Virus record (IMG/VR): IMGVR_UViG_3300029286_000009
Coordinates: 186,001 to 250,000 of that record
Strand: one strand, 5' to 3'
DNA length: 64,000 nucleotides
Part shown: positions 22,030 through 31,847 of the stretch, piece after piece
Layout of the letters: the number at the start of each line of letters is the position of its first letter
Numbering within the stretch: position 1 is the stretch's first letter
Notes under the pieces: model-generated
Seen by the model: the letters and a program-made list of their open reading frames with translations, nothing else
Told to the model about the DNA's origin: nothing
Database searches by the model: none
Translations under genes and position numbers: made by a program

Positions 22030-22249
22030 TTATTACCTCGTAGTTTAACGTGTTCCTCATGGGTAACAAAATTACCCGCTTTGTCTCTATACCTAAATCC
22101 CATTCCTTCGCATATTTTACATAGCATTACTCCTTCTTCGCACTCGTATAAGTCCCGTGGATAATTACACTGGACACACTTCTTCGGATCATCGGGCCAG
22201 TCACATTTGAATGTACCTTGACCCATACATTGGGGGCAGGAGCATGGCA

Positions 22250-22600
22250 TTATCCTCTATGCCCCCGTCGCCACTCCTTCACACCCCGAGACATACGGTG
22301 TTTATGTTCTCCAGGGTGATTACGTTTCCATTGTAAGTAACTTTGCATTTCGTCTTTTTGTAGTAGCTCGTCTAAAGTCATTTCGGATAGGGCTTTGTTG
22401 GAAAAGAGCATGTGAACTTGTCCTCCGCAGTCAGCACAACAAGGAACAGTTTCCAAACCTCGCCCTCCCCTACTCTTGGGTTTTAGATGATGCCGTTGCG
22501 TGGCGGGGACGGTTTTACATAATTTACACAGATTGTTTACAAGTGTATTGAATTCTTCGTTTAATGGCTTCCCCATAATACCGTTCCCCATGTATGGCAA
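22250..22600 (-). CDS. Small HNH endonuclease
   Basis: CKLC...HHLKPKSRGG...CADC...VH. Confidence 0.75.
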   Translation of the reverse strand: MPYMGNGIMGKPLNEEFNTLVNNLCKLCKTVPATQRHHLKPKSRGGRGLETVPCCADCGGQVHMLFSNKALSEMTLDELLQKDEMQSYLQWKRNHPGEHKHRMSRGVKEWRRGHRG

Positions 22601-23411
22601 TAGCTTCGCAAGAAATTGCGAACTTTAATGTAATCCTATCCTCTTGTGTCTTATTTTCTTTTTGTTGTATTCTCTCCAAATGGCTTTTTGTGTAGAAACC
22701 CAGTTCCAGGGCTTTATCATAGAAAGCTGTATAGGTATTGACTGGGGGTTCTTGCCCCAGTAATTGTTTGTATATACCCCAAGATACTTCTTCAACTGTT
22801 GCGAGTAGAAGAGAGGCTCGGTCAGGTAAATCAATACCACATCTCCCCTCATTAAAAAAGACTATTTCTTGACTGGATGCCAGCCTATCCCTCATATTGA
22901 GTGCTTTATCGATGCAACAAATGGCAGTCCCTATACCCGATACTTGTCCATAGTAGTAATCAAAATCTTTTGTTCTACCTGCCAGGTTTGCCTTTTTCAT
23001 ATTTTGTTTTGCGATTTTTAATTCCATCTGGAGCATATTCTGAATATTCTCAAGGTTAGTTTCTGCTCGCTGGATTTCAGAATCACATTCTTGCAGTAGT
23101 TCAACGACTTTTGTCTTGTCCTCGGTACGTTGCATATAAACATCTATAAATTTAGAAATATCCATTTTACCCCCTCCTATTTCTTTAAGAAAACCTCAAA
23201 CCCATCAACTTCTAGTGTCTTCAGCGTGTCACGGCATTTTGAACACAACAAGACGGGTATCCTTTTGTTGGGTGCCGCCACGGATTGATTCACCATGATA
23301 TACAATTTGTCCTTATATCCGGACGCCAGTGCGGTATCTAATTTACGGCGGCAATCAAAACAAAAAGTTATGTCGCCTAGGCTTTCGTCCACTGCTTATA
23401 CCCTTTTTCGT

Positions 23412-24269
23412 TTAATGTGTTCCGCCTAAAAATAGCTGATCCATTAACTCATCTTTAGATTCCAACTGGGGTGTCTGATTAAAACCATTTTTTTCTAATT
23501 TCTCATTTATTTTTGCAACTAAATCACAGTAGCTGATGTTCCAATTTGCTTCTTTTAAAGTTTGTGCTAGGTAATATGTCATAGCACCATTATAATGCCC
23601 GTCTATAAACGCGTCCGCACTTGTTTGTGCGTCGCTTGAGCCCGAAATCAACACAGCATTTCCTTGTGTAGTAACATTGTGTAGAAACGACTGCGACCTC
23701 AGTCTATCCTGTCTCAGACGCGATGTCATTGGCTTAAGATTCTCGTCTAATTCCATATCACCAGATTCTAATAACACATGCAAAGGCGGTGGCATATACC
23801 TGCTCTTAACAAAGTGCCCATTTTTAACTGTCGGGGAATTTTTTAGTATGGTTCCAGAAAAACATGCATCAATGTGACATAGGAGGTGTGCGTTTGGATT
23901 CGCACACATAATTACCTTATTAATGTCATCATCCCGTAAAGGAAGATCCCAATCCATGTCGATCGGACATATACATTCATCCATACGGTCGGTTTCCCAT
24001 GTCGCTGTTTCGGTTGTGCAATTAACTTGAGTACCGTGCCCTGAGTAGCCCCAAAATGCTTTGTCGTTGTCTTGTAGGTTATTTACTAACCACTGAAGAC
24101 CTCTCATTATGTTTTTTCTGGTGGCCTTTTTATCATCTAAAATCTTGAATTCTGAGAAGCCATAGACGTCTTTTAGAATTTTGTAAAGCAGAATGACATC
24201 ATTTAGGCAACCTGAAAGAGGCGAATCCGGGTAAGCATTGATTGCAATGAGCAGGGCACGTTTCTTCAT
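23412..24269 (-). CDS. Metacaspase (peptidase C14)
   Basis: KRALLIAIN.Y...L.GC.ND, catalytic YSGHG and DACFSG, QTSADA, Q.PQL. Confidence 0.92.
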   Translation of the reverse strand: MKKRALLIAINAYPDSPLSGCLNDVILLYKILKDVYGFSEFKILDDKKATRKNIMRGLQWLVNNLQDNDKAFWGYSGHGTQVNCTTETATWETDRMDECICPIDMDWDLPLRDDDINKVIMCANPNAHLLCHIDACFSGTILKNSPTVKNGHFVKSRYMPPPLHVLLESGDMELDENLKPMTSRLRQDRLRSQSFLHNVTTQGNAVLISGSSDAQTSADAFIDGHYNGAMTYYLAQTLKEANWNISYCDLVAKINEKLEKNGFNQTPQLESKDELMDQLFLGGTH

Positions 24270-24668
24270 CTTGTCATACTCCTTATTTGCTAAAATCTGC
24301 CTTTAGCTCCTTAAGCTTTTTGATTTTTTCTATGATTTGTGTTTCCACATTTTCTTTAGAATCCCCAATAACGGAGAAGCGAGGAAAGTTTATAATTCTG
24401 CCCTTCCAACTAATCTTTTTTCCATCCCTTCTATATTCTGTGATTTTTTCTAACACGGGGATATAATAATCAACATCTCTTTTATACTTATACAATACCT
24501 TTCTCCTTGTCTTATGGCGAGCACTTTAGCGTGCTCGCCGCTCCTTGTCGGGGAACCGACCACACAGGCGATCGGGTTTTGCTTGTATGCCACTATCACA
24601 TATCCCTACCTATTTACAAGCAAGTTTTAAGTGGCACCCACCCTTTTATACTTTTGTTTCTAAGATAG

Positions 24669-25532
24669 TTATTTGTATTTTTCCAGTGCTGTTTGTATTT
24701 GTTTACAGCATATATCAAAATATTGCTGGTCAATCTCAAAACCAATAAATGCTCTATTAAGATTGATGCATGCTAGAGCTGTATTTCCGATACCCATAAA
24801 TGGATCTAATACCATGGTGGTTTTTGTAGTGCCATGTAATTTAATACACATTTCTGCAAGTTCAGCCGGAAATGACGCTGGATGTGGTCTTTCTTTTTCT
24901 CTTGATACAATTGTCTTGTAGGGGATGAACCACGTATTCCCTCGGCACCTAAGTCCTGTTGTGTTAGATTTCCATCTAGCCTTATTAGACTTATCTTTGT
25001 AAGGTGTACCGATCGCTAGGCGGTCTAACTCTACATCTCCTTGTTTCGTAAAATGGAATATATATTCGTGTGCGTCGGACAAATAACGACGACTGTTAAT
25101 CGGCTTTATATGTCCAACATTGATATCTTCTGTCAGATTATGATTATCGCCCGCCGCATTTTTCTCTATTACTATGGATTTGATCCAATGAATAGTATTC
25201 TGCAAACACAAATACTTCTTGATACGAAGTGCAACCTCTGTAGGTACCCAAGGGTCAGAGGGTTTGCTACCCATGTTCAGAAATAGGGAGCCGCGTGAGT
25301 CAAGTACGCGTACGACCCCTTCTGCCCAACGCTCTATCCAGTCTAAATAAGTCCCACGGCTAATTTTGTCATTATAAGAATTATATTTTACACCGATATT
25401 ATATGGAGGAGAAGTGACTACAACACTGACTTCTTCCTTACCTATTTTTTCCATTCCGTTTAAACAATCTTCCCGGAAAAGACTTATCTTCTCTGTTTTC
25501 AAGCACCTATCTACATTAGAACATAATGCCAT
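24669..25532 (-). CDS. Orphan N4-C/N6-A DNA methyltransferase (beta class); start reassigned to ATG 25532
   Basis: TSPPY, HPASFP and DPFMGIG motifs; AGGAG RBS before 25532. Confidence 0.9.
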   Translation of the reverse strand: MALCSNVDRCLKTEKISLFREDCLNGMEKIGKEEVSVVVTSPPYNIGVKYNSYNDKISRGTYLDWIERWAEGVVRVLDSRGSLFLNMGSKPSDPWVPTEVALRIKKYLCLQNTIHWIKSIVIEKNAAGDNHNLTEDINVGHIKPINSRRYLSDAHEYIFHFTKQGDVELDRLAIGTPYKDKSNKARWKSNTTGLRCRGNTWFIPYKTIVSREKERPHPASFPAELAEMCIKLHGTTKTTMVLDPFMGIGNTALACINLNRAFIGFEIDQQYFDICCKQIQTALEKYK

Positions 25533-25732
25533 CCGAATATCTCCTGTTGTAATTACCAATCTAATATCTACTAATAAGTATAGTACCCAAAAAATTTTCA
25601 AAAAGTGAAAAATAGTTGTATTTCTTTTTGATTTCATAAAGTTATAAATATTTTTACCCTGTTTTTCTCCATCCTGGGGCACTTTTGGGTACTATAATAA
25701 TATTAGTTTTGTTGAAAAAGGAAAAGAGATAT

Positions 25733-25850
25733 ATTAATAGTGTACACTCAGTGGAGTGTAATCCGCGAGAATAATAGTGTACCGGAGAAAATAATATACT
25801 AGCTAGATAATAATGTACCGGAGAAAATTGTACCCCCGAAAATAATAGTT
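25733..25850. repeat. Short direct repeats at the strand-switch point
   Basis: ATAATA(G/A)TGTACCGGAGAAAAT twice (25771, 25807) plus two degenerate TGTAC copies. Confidence 0.65.
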
Positions 25851-25890
25851 TTATAGCTCTGGAAAAGTAATAACTCTATAGAGGTCTGAT

Positions 25891-26364
25891 ATGACTAGAA
25901 GATTTCATGCTACCGTTATTGATGAGTATTTGTTATTGAAAAGGAAAGTTGCTAAGTGTGTAGATAAGGCTAAGCTTCATGATAAAGCTATACTGAAGCA
26001 GAGGAAAATATTAGAATCAGCGAGAAGATGGATAAAACGCATGTTGGAAATAGAGCACATTTGTCGAGATAATGGCTGGCCGCATCCTGATACGTTTGAC
26101 TCTGATTATACTGATGTGTTTACGAAGCAGAGTATTTTAAATACAGATCCATTTAGCAAGGCGTTGTTGACCCCAGATGGTAATCGTCCTGATAATATGT
26201 TCACTTCCTTTTCTAGTGTAGCTGACCAGCTATTAACCGATTTAAAGTATCTAGCAGACACAAATGTATTACCGCCTACGGATAAAAAGCCTAGTCTTTT
26301 TAGTCCAGATGGCAATCGATTCGTTTTGAATCTCGAAAATAACACTAAGGAGACAGCAGATTAG
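25891..26364 (+). CDS. Hypothetical protein
   Basis: GAGG RBS; first gene of the plus-strand block. Confidence 0.6.
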   Translation: MTRRFHATVIDEYLLLKRKVAKCVDKAKLHDKAILKQRKILESARRWIKRMLEIEHICRDNGWPHPDTFDSDYTDVFTKQSILNTDPFSKALLTPDGNRPDNMFTSFSSVADQLLTDLKYLADTNVLPPTDKKPSLFSPDGNRFVLNLENNTKETAD

Positions 26365-27237
26365 ATGTTGCTATTACTCGGGCAAAACACTGTTACTGCT
26401 GGAACTATAAAAAATGCAAAGTGGTTGCACTTACCTGGGTATGCTCCTAGATGCTTATGCGGTGCCGAAGATGGGTTTGCTGTAGTTAACCCGTACGCGT
26501 ACCCGGTATCTGCGAATGAGTGTATCTCGGTAATCATGGATGGTACTGTTAATTGTATGTGTTACTACGACAATGAGGTTTTGGCGGGGACCAACACAGG
26601 AATATATAGTCTTGATTGGTCTTCTTATGGGCACTATGCAGATGGTGGTAATCCTCTGGATGCAAGTGATAGCCTTTCTCTTAATTATAATACAACAAAT
26701 GGGTTGCTCTCTGACCAAATTATCTCCTTAGATGCATGTAATGAGTATCTGGTAGTGGTGACTTCTGTGGGGCTAAGTTGGAAAAAATCCAGTGGTGAGT
26801 TTATTAACTATGTGACTACTTCTGGTCATAAGGCATTTGTTGATTCTAGTCCTACTACCTACTTAGCAGATGGAAATACACTCAGAATTAAATATGGTGA
26901 ACCAGTATCTTTTGACGCATGGGATACGGAAATTGATCTGGGGGAGAGTATAAATGACCTTTGGGTAAGTAGTAATGTCATTTTTATGGCAACTGATATT
27001 GGCATAAGTATTTGGAATAGCGGTAGTCTTTATAACTACACGGCGGTCTCTGGTAGCTTACCTTTACGTCGTATTACAGGTGAACTTGATACCACATTTG
27101 ATTGGGGACATATTTTCGTCGCTAGTAGTGATTGTATAAATATATTTAATTTGAAACAGAAAGCAATAGAGAGTCATATAGACTTTAATGATTCTGCTGT
27201 GTTATGTATTGACTACCCTAGAATATACAGTAGGTGA
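26365..27237 (+). CDS. Beta-rich (propeller-like) hypothetical protein
   Basis: Repeating ..GT..G.. beta-blade patterns. Confidence 0.45.
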   Translation: MLLLLGQNTVTAGTIKNAKWLHLPGYAPRCLCGAEDGFAVVNPYAYPVSANECISVIMDGTVNCMCYYDNEVLAGTNTGIYSLDWSSYGHYADGGNPLDASDSLSLNYNTTNGLLSDQIISLDACNEYLVVVTSVGLSWKKSSGEFINYVTTSGHKAFVDSSPTTYLADGNTLRIKYGEPVSFDAWDTEIDLGESINDLWVSSNVIFMATDIGISIWNSGSLYNYTAVSGSLPLRRITGELDTTFDWGHIFVASSDCINIFNLKQKAIESHIDFNDSAVLCIDYPRIYSR

Positions 27238-27273
27238 GCCAACAAAATAACTAACTTAGTATAGGAGATAAGA

Positions 27274-27603
27274 ATGGGAGATTTTTCACGGAATGTTGAC
27301 CCTGTGCCTCTTAATGGCGGGGTTTTAGTAAGGGTAGTAGGTAATAGCCAAATGACTACAGGTGGTATTTATCTACCTGAAACTGCATCTACCCGCCCAG
27401 TTCAAGGTGTAGTAGAGTGTGTAAGTCGCGGTTATTATGATCCATCCGGCTCATGGCTGGACCACGAGGTACACATAGGTGATGTAGTAATTTTCAATTG
27501 GAGGTCAGGTTTTGATTTAATCTTAGATGATGCGGAATATCGTATCATTCACGAACGCGACATTGTCGCAATACTAAAAGGAGCTAACTATGGCGAAGAA
27601 TGA
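27274..27603 (+). CDS. groES: Co-chaperonin GroES
   Basis: PL...VLV, TTGGIYLP mobile loop, V..GD.V.F, II.E.DI.A. Confidence 0.9.
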   Translation: MGDFSRNVDPVPLNGGVLVRVVGNSQMTTGGIYLPETASTRPVQGVVECVSRGYYDPSGSWLDHEVHIGDVVIFNWRSGFDLILDDAEYRIIHERDIVAILKGANYGEE

Positions 27604-27939
27604 CATTTTTGATGGAAGTAGGACTTTGACTAAGGGGCAGGTTCGTATTTATGATGGCAATCGCCACATGCCCGACCAACTGGATGAAATTGCTCCAGTA
27701 ACCAGGCATGCGACATGGGCATCTATCAGAGAGCGTCAGCGACAAGGTAAGCCGGTACCGCAATCTTTTTCTTTAGATGAAGTAGAACTCATTGTAAAGA
27801 CTGCGGTTGCAGAGGCTTTACGAGAGGTAAGGGGCATGTCATTAGGTGAGGACGCCGAAATGTCCGTAGCGGGAAAATAATTGCGGTCTGAGGCAGAAGT
27901 AGGTACTATATTTATATGTAGGAGGGGAAGAACCCTTTC

Positions 27940-28257
27940 TTGTCTAAAAAGGAAAAAGGAGAATTTTACATGAATTTTCAGTTTTTAGTAGAGAGTTGTG
28001 TATCAATGTTTAAGGGACAAGCAGTAACCAAAAAGATTGCGGAAGCCATTATTAGGAATGTTTTTGATGATATTTCTGATGGTATGGTAAGAGGTGAGAG
28101 TATTAATGTACGTGGCTTTGGTACCTTCAGTGTAACCGAAAAGAAGGGTCGTGCGTATGTTGAACCGCGTACGCAGTCAACGGTGTATGTAGATGCGAAG
28201 AACTATCCAAGATTTTCGGCGTCACCAGTGTTGAAGGATGCAGTAAAGGGAAGCTAA
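27940..28257 (+). CDS. HU/IHF-family DNA-binding protein; start probably 27970
   Basis: GESINVRGFGTF, EPRT, PRFSAS..LKDAV. Confidence 0.88.
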   Translation: MSKKEKGEFYMNFQFLVESCVSMFKGQAVTKKIAEAIIRNVFDDISDGMVRGESINVRGFGTFSVTEKKGRAYVEPRTQSTVYVDAKNYPRFSASPVLKDAVKGS

Positions 28258-28654
28258 AAGATGGACTTTTATAAAGCACAAGTGAAGGCTGTAAGTAAGG
28301 CAAAAGCACGAGAAATCTTAAAGAAGATGCAGGCACAAGGTATTGAGGAAATGCACCTCCCTGCTATTCCTCGTCGTGAGATCGGGTCATTTCTAATTGA
28401 TGAACGCCCCAATCTGTGGACTATTGAAGTTGACGGTGTTCCTTGCTTTGAAGTGATTTCGAATAAGATTGCGGCATCTGCTATGCTACGCATGTTGGAT
28501 GAGTGTGGTCAAGACAAAATAAATCTTGCTCCGCTTTGTCCGCAATTCTTGGAAGACTTTCTTGCAGATAAACGTAAGGACGTTATGGCGTTTGAAATTG
28601 CACATACAGATCCAGGGGAAGAGCTTCCTGGTCATGTGTAATCTGGGGTAAATT

Positions 28655-29098
28655 ATGGGTTATTTGGATGTTAAAGCACTGGTGGTCTCGCGGGAAAAGA
28701 TGGATATGGATGGATTTGCATTTTGTGCACGCAAGAGCAATTATAGGAACTACGATACCGAGACTGCCATAACTAATGTGATTAGTAAGATGCAAGGCAC
28801 TGATTATGGTGTGTGTATCTTATATGAGCAACCAGGAGACCAGCCTAACTTAGTAAGAGTAATAGACAGGATTAGGAACAACGTAAAGGCAAAACGAGTT
28901 CCTGTTGTAGTAGTAACAAATTTGCATGCAACAGAAACTGATATGGATAGTTACTATGAGGCGGGAGCTCAATTGGTAATACCTAAAATGGGTGATAGCC
29001 AATTAAAAATGTTACTATCAGTAGTGGCTAGTTTTAGTGAATTTGTAGCGAGATTTCCTGAAAAGATGCAATTCAGGAATTACGTTTCTAGTAGGTGA
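28655..29098 (+). CDS. Response-regulator receiver-like protein, degenerate
   Basis: RVPVVVVT...YEAGA...IPK pattern; no canonical phosphoacceptor Asp. Confidence 0.55.
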   Translation: MGYLDVKALVVSREKMDMDGFAFCARKSNYRNYDTETAITNVISKMQGTDYGVCILYEQPGDQPNLVRVIDRIRNNVKAKRVPVVVVTNLHATETDMDSYYEAGAQLVIPKMGDSQLKMLLSVVASFSEFVARFPEKMQFRNYVSSR

Positions 29099-29103
29099 AC
29101 GAC

Positions 29104-29621
29104 GGGGCACACAGGTATCGACAGACGTTATGAGTAGATTTGTATTGGTGGTCGGTGTGAGTGGTACCGTAAATCATTCGAATTATAAATGCCGAAGATA
29201 ATTCTTTCGACATGCTCTCAGCTTTTTGTGAAGCCGACCGTAAGGTTAGTGTAGCATACGCTGGTTAATAGGGCGGAGTTCCCAGTAACTTATCAACAGA
29301 AAACTGGGTGGCGGAGGCAAGTGGGTTTTATACCTGCTTCCTCTCCTGGTTACGAGGCTAAACTGACCTGGTGGAGGCACGCGGGAAACCGCGTCCCCTA
29401 AATCCTATGCAAGTAGGTATCCTAGTGTCAGGCATTAGGATAGAGATGGGTAGGGTAATCGCCACCGTGCGGGAAACCAAACCTTCTAGCCCGCAAAAGT
29501 CAGCGGCGGGGTCTCGAAAAGGCTGGCAAACTCTCTGTCGGGAGTATAAATATGGACTACACCATCTAAATTTACATTTCGAAAGGCGGACTGGATCTGG
29601 GTTCGACTCCCAGGTGCTCCA
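29104..29621 (+). ncRNA. ssrA: tmRNA
   Basis: Acceptor stem GGGGCAC/GTGCTCC-A with G3-U70; T-arm CTGGGTTCGACTCCCAG; 5' GGTATCGAC; resume context ATAAAT-GCC at 29191; tag ORF to 29268. Confidence 0.92.
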
Positions 29622-29898
29622 TAAAATTGTCTTATAACAAAGCATTGCTCCCGAAGACATACAAGATTTGTATAATAAACATTGTAATTGGGTCGATGTC
29701 AAAGGTTTTAGGCATCTCCGATCGCCAACTGCGACGTATCCGAAAGATGCATATTAGCTGATCTGCCATGTGTAGAAACAGTAAAGTTAACGTCAACAGT
29801 GCTAGGCGGGGCGTTGATGGTTGATACTAGTCTAGCGGGGGAATAGTTAACGTGACTGTTCCCCCATTTCATATGTAAAGAAGGTAAGGAGAGGTTAA

Positions 29899-31125
29899 AT
29901 GGCGGAAGTTTTGAGTCAAGAAGTAGTTGTATATCAAGAGCATATAGTGGATTTTTATGGAGACCAAATTATATCGATACAGGATGAAAATAATGATGTG
30001 TGGTCTCCTGTAAAGGGATTGTGTGGTGCGATTGGCATCAAAGGTGTCCAAGACCAGATTAACAAAATTAAAAATGACGGGGCCTTCAGATTCAAGGCTA
30101 GCCTTGTAACTGCCCTAGATGGTAAGAATTACTCAACTTTTTGTATTCACGCTGATGATATTCCGATGTGGTTAGCAACAATTGGTACCGGTCGCGTTGA
30201 TGAGAGTGTAAAAAGTAAGTTGATTCTATATAAGAGAGAGTGTGCTAATGTATTGCGGGACTACTGGACTAAGGGTGCTGCTGTAAATCCCCGTTTGGGT
30301 AATCTTGATGTAGACCAGATTAAGAACATTGTTAATGAAGCTCTACAGGTTGCATTGGACGAATACAGACAGGCTAGGACGCCTGAGGAAATTGCTCAAC
30401 TTATCTTTGAGCGAGACGTTGTTATTTTGGCTGAGACGGCGAACCGTGTAGAAAGTCCCTTTCGTGATTCTATTTACAGACGCATCGAAGTGCTTATGGA
30501 CAGTCGTTTTGGTAAACTAGAACCTGCTGAAGAAGCAGAATTAGTAAAGGGACTTACTCCTTTGACCGAGAGCCTATTCCGTAAGCTATATTTGGGGCAG
30601 GGTTGGTGCCGAGATAAACTAGCTCTTTATTTCCCTAAGGAACTGAGTAGCAAGACACAGTTTGACCAGCTCCTAAAGATGTGGGATATTCCAGCACCTA
30701 AAAGGCAGTCTAGAACTTCTATCGCTTTCGCCCGCCGACTTTTGCGAGAAAATCATGTTAATAAGAAGACCATAAATCAGTTGATTACTGAGTTCAATAG
30801 GTCGCGGGAGTCTATTTTGCGGGCTATCAGTGATCAATGGAATTCTTTGAACAAGTCTTTCAAGAAATATTGCACCGCAGGCATAATTCCTAAAGGCAGG
30901 GCTTACAGTGATTATATTGATAGGTCTCCACTTTGGGTAGCCAAGCGTGAAGCTTTTAAGGAGACTTTTGATAATACTTGTTTCTATTGTGGATACCAGT
31001 CCCCTACTGGTATTGCGGTACACCATCTAAACTATATCCGTAGCGGACAAGAACTACCAACAGATTTGGAAATTGTTTGTAACACTTGCCACCAGAAGCG
31101 GCACAAAGAGAAGTATAACGTGTAA
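29899..31125 (+). CDS. P22 antirepressor N-terminal domain plus C-terminal HNH protein
   Basis: V.FYGD.I, LC.AIGI, WL..I, L..YK.EC..VL.DYWTKG.A.NPR; CFYC...HHLNY...CNTCH. Confidence 0.82.
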   Translation: MAEVLSQEVVVYQEHIVDFYGDQIISIQDENNDVWSPVKGLCGAIGIKGVQDQINKIKNDGAFRFKASLVTALDGKNYSTFCIHADDIPMWLATIGTGRVDESVKSKLILYKRECANVLRDYWTKGAAVNPRLGNLDVDQIKNIVNEALQVALDEYRQARTPEEIAQLIFERDVVILAETANRVESPFRDSIYRRIEVLMDSRFGKLEPAEEAELVKGLTPLTESLFRKLYLGQGWCRDKLALYFPKELSSKTQFDQLLKMWDIPAPKRQSRTSIAFARRLLRENHVNKKTINQLITEFNRSRESILRAISDQWNSLNKSFKKYCTAGIIPKGRAYSDYIDRSPLWVAKREAFKETFDNTCFYCGYQSPTGIAVHHLNYIRSGQELPTDLEIVCNTCHQKRHKEKYNV

Positions 31126-31136
31126 GGGAAGGTATA

Positions 31137-31766
31137 ATGGACTTTGAAATAGAAGTTAGGTCAGCAGGTGAGCTTTGTGAGAAGCTTCGTAATGTTACGT
31201 TGAGGGGCAGTACAATACCCCCTTATTTGAATTCTTTTATTAGAATTGAAACCTTTAACCCCCGCAATTTATCACCGTGTCAGCGGTACGCTTTATTACC
31301 GGAGCTCAAGAAAATAGAGGAATTGCGGTGGGAAATTCTTAGAGAATACGGGCAAGACATTTTACAGCTAAATGGCTATCTGAAGTGTCACTACCCAGAT
31401 AAGACTATTGACATATTACCGCCGGTCTGTGAGGAGTATGTAACACCTTGGGGTGAGTTGAAAGCCATCATAAACGACGGGTTGCATCGGGTATTTTTAG
31501 CCTATCAGATGGGTATTCCTGTGAACGTTGCTTACATTAGGGGGGTGCATCCGGGTTACCCCTATTACGCGCATATGAATCCCAAAGGATTTGACGACAT
31601 TGAACTTATAGAGGAAATACCGGAGAATTATGTGAAGAAGTTTCATGTTGCCAAAAACCACAAAGAGCTTTTCAGAAATTTCAGTAGTAAATTTGAGAAC
31701 GTAGGGGACTCAAGACCTAGGAAACAAGAGACCTTCCCTGAGGAAGTTTTAAAGCTTTTGGGATAA
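31137..31766 (+). CDS. ParB/Srx-like domain protein
   Basis: IINDGLHR motif preceded by LPP. Confidence 0.45.
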   Translation: MDFEIEVRSAGELCEKLRNVTLRGSTIPPYLNSFIRIETFNPRNLSPCQRYALLPELKKIEELRWEILREYGQDILQLNGYLKCHYPDKTIDILPPVCEEYVTPWGELKAIINDGLHRVFLAYQMGIPVNVAYIRGVHPGYPYYAHMNPKGFDDIELIEEIPENYVKKFHVAKNHKELFRNFSSKFENVGDSRPRKQETFPEEVLKLLG

Positions 31767-31847
31767 ACAATCTAGAGGTACAAGACACACAATTGAACCG
31801 GCTAGAAACAAACCTACACATGTAACTATCTTCTCGGACTGGAAAAA

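Larger units (their letters stand above)
5952..25682 (-). other. Minus-strand accessory region of dozens of tightly packed small hypothetical ORFs, many with CxxC zinc-ribbon or membrane segments
   Basis: Abutting or overlapping co-oriented ORFs with GGAG-type RBS; typical phage early/middle region. Confidence 0.8.

Noticed and set aside
24514-24600. Riboswitch or tRNA between the methyltransferase and metacaspase genes
   Set aside because: Two hairpins are present but they match no aptamer or cloverleaf I recognise
29270-29560. Group I intron as the cause of the tmRNA length
   Set aside because: The T-loop is uninterrupted and no intron core motifs were recognised; not excluded without a covariance search
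29358-29702. ORFs 29371..29637 and 29358..29702
   Set aside because: They lie within the tmRNA
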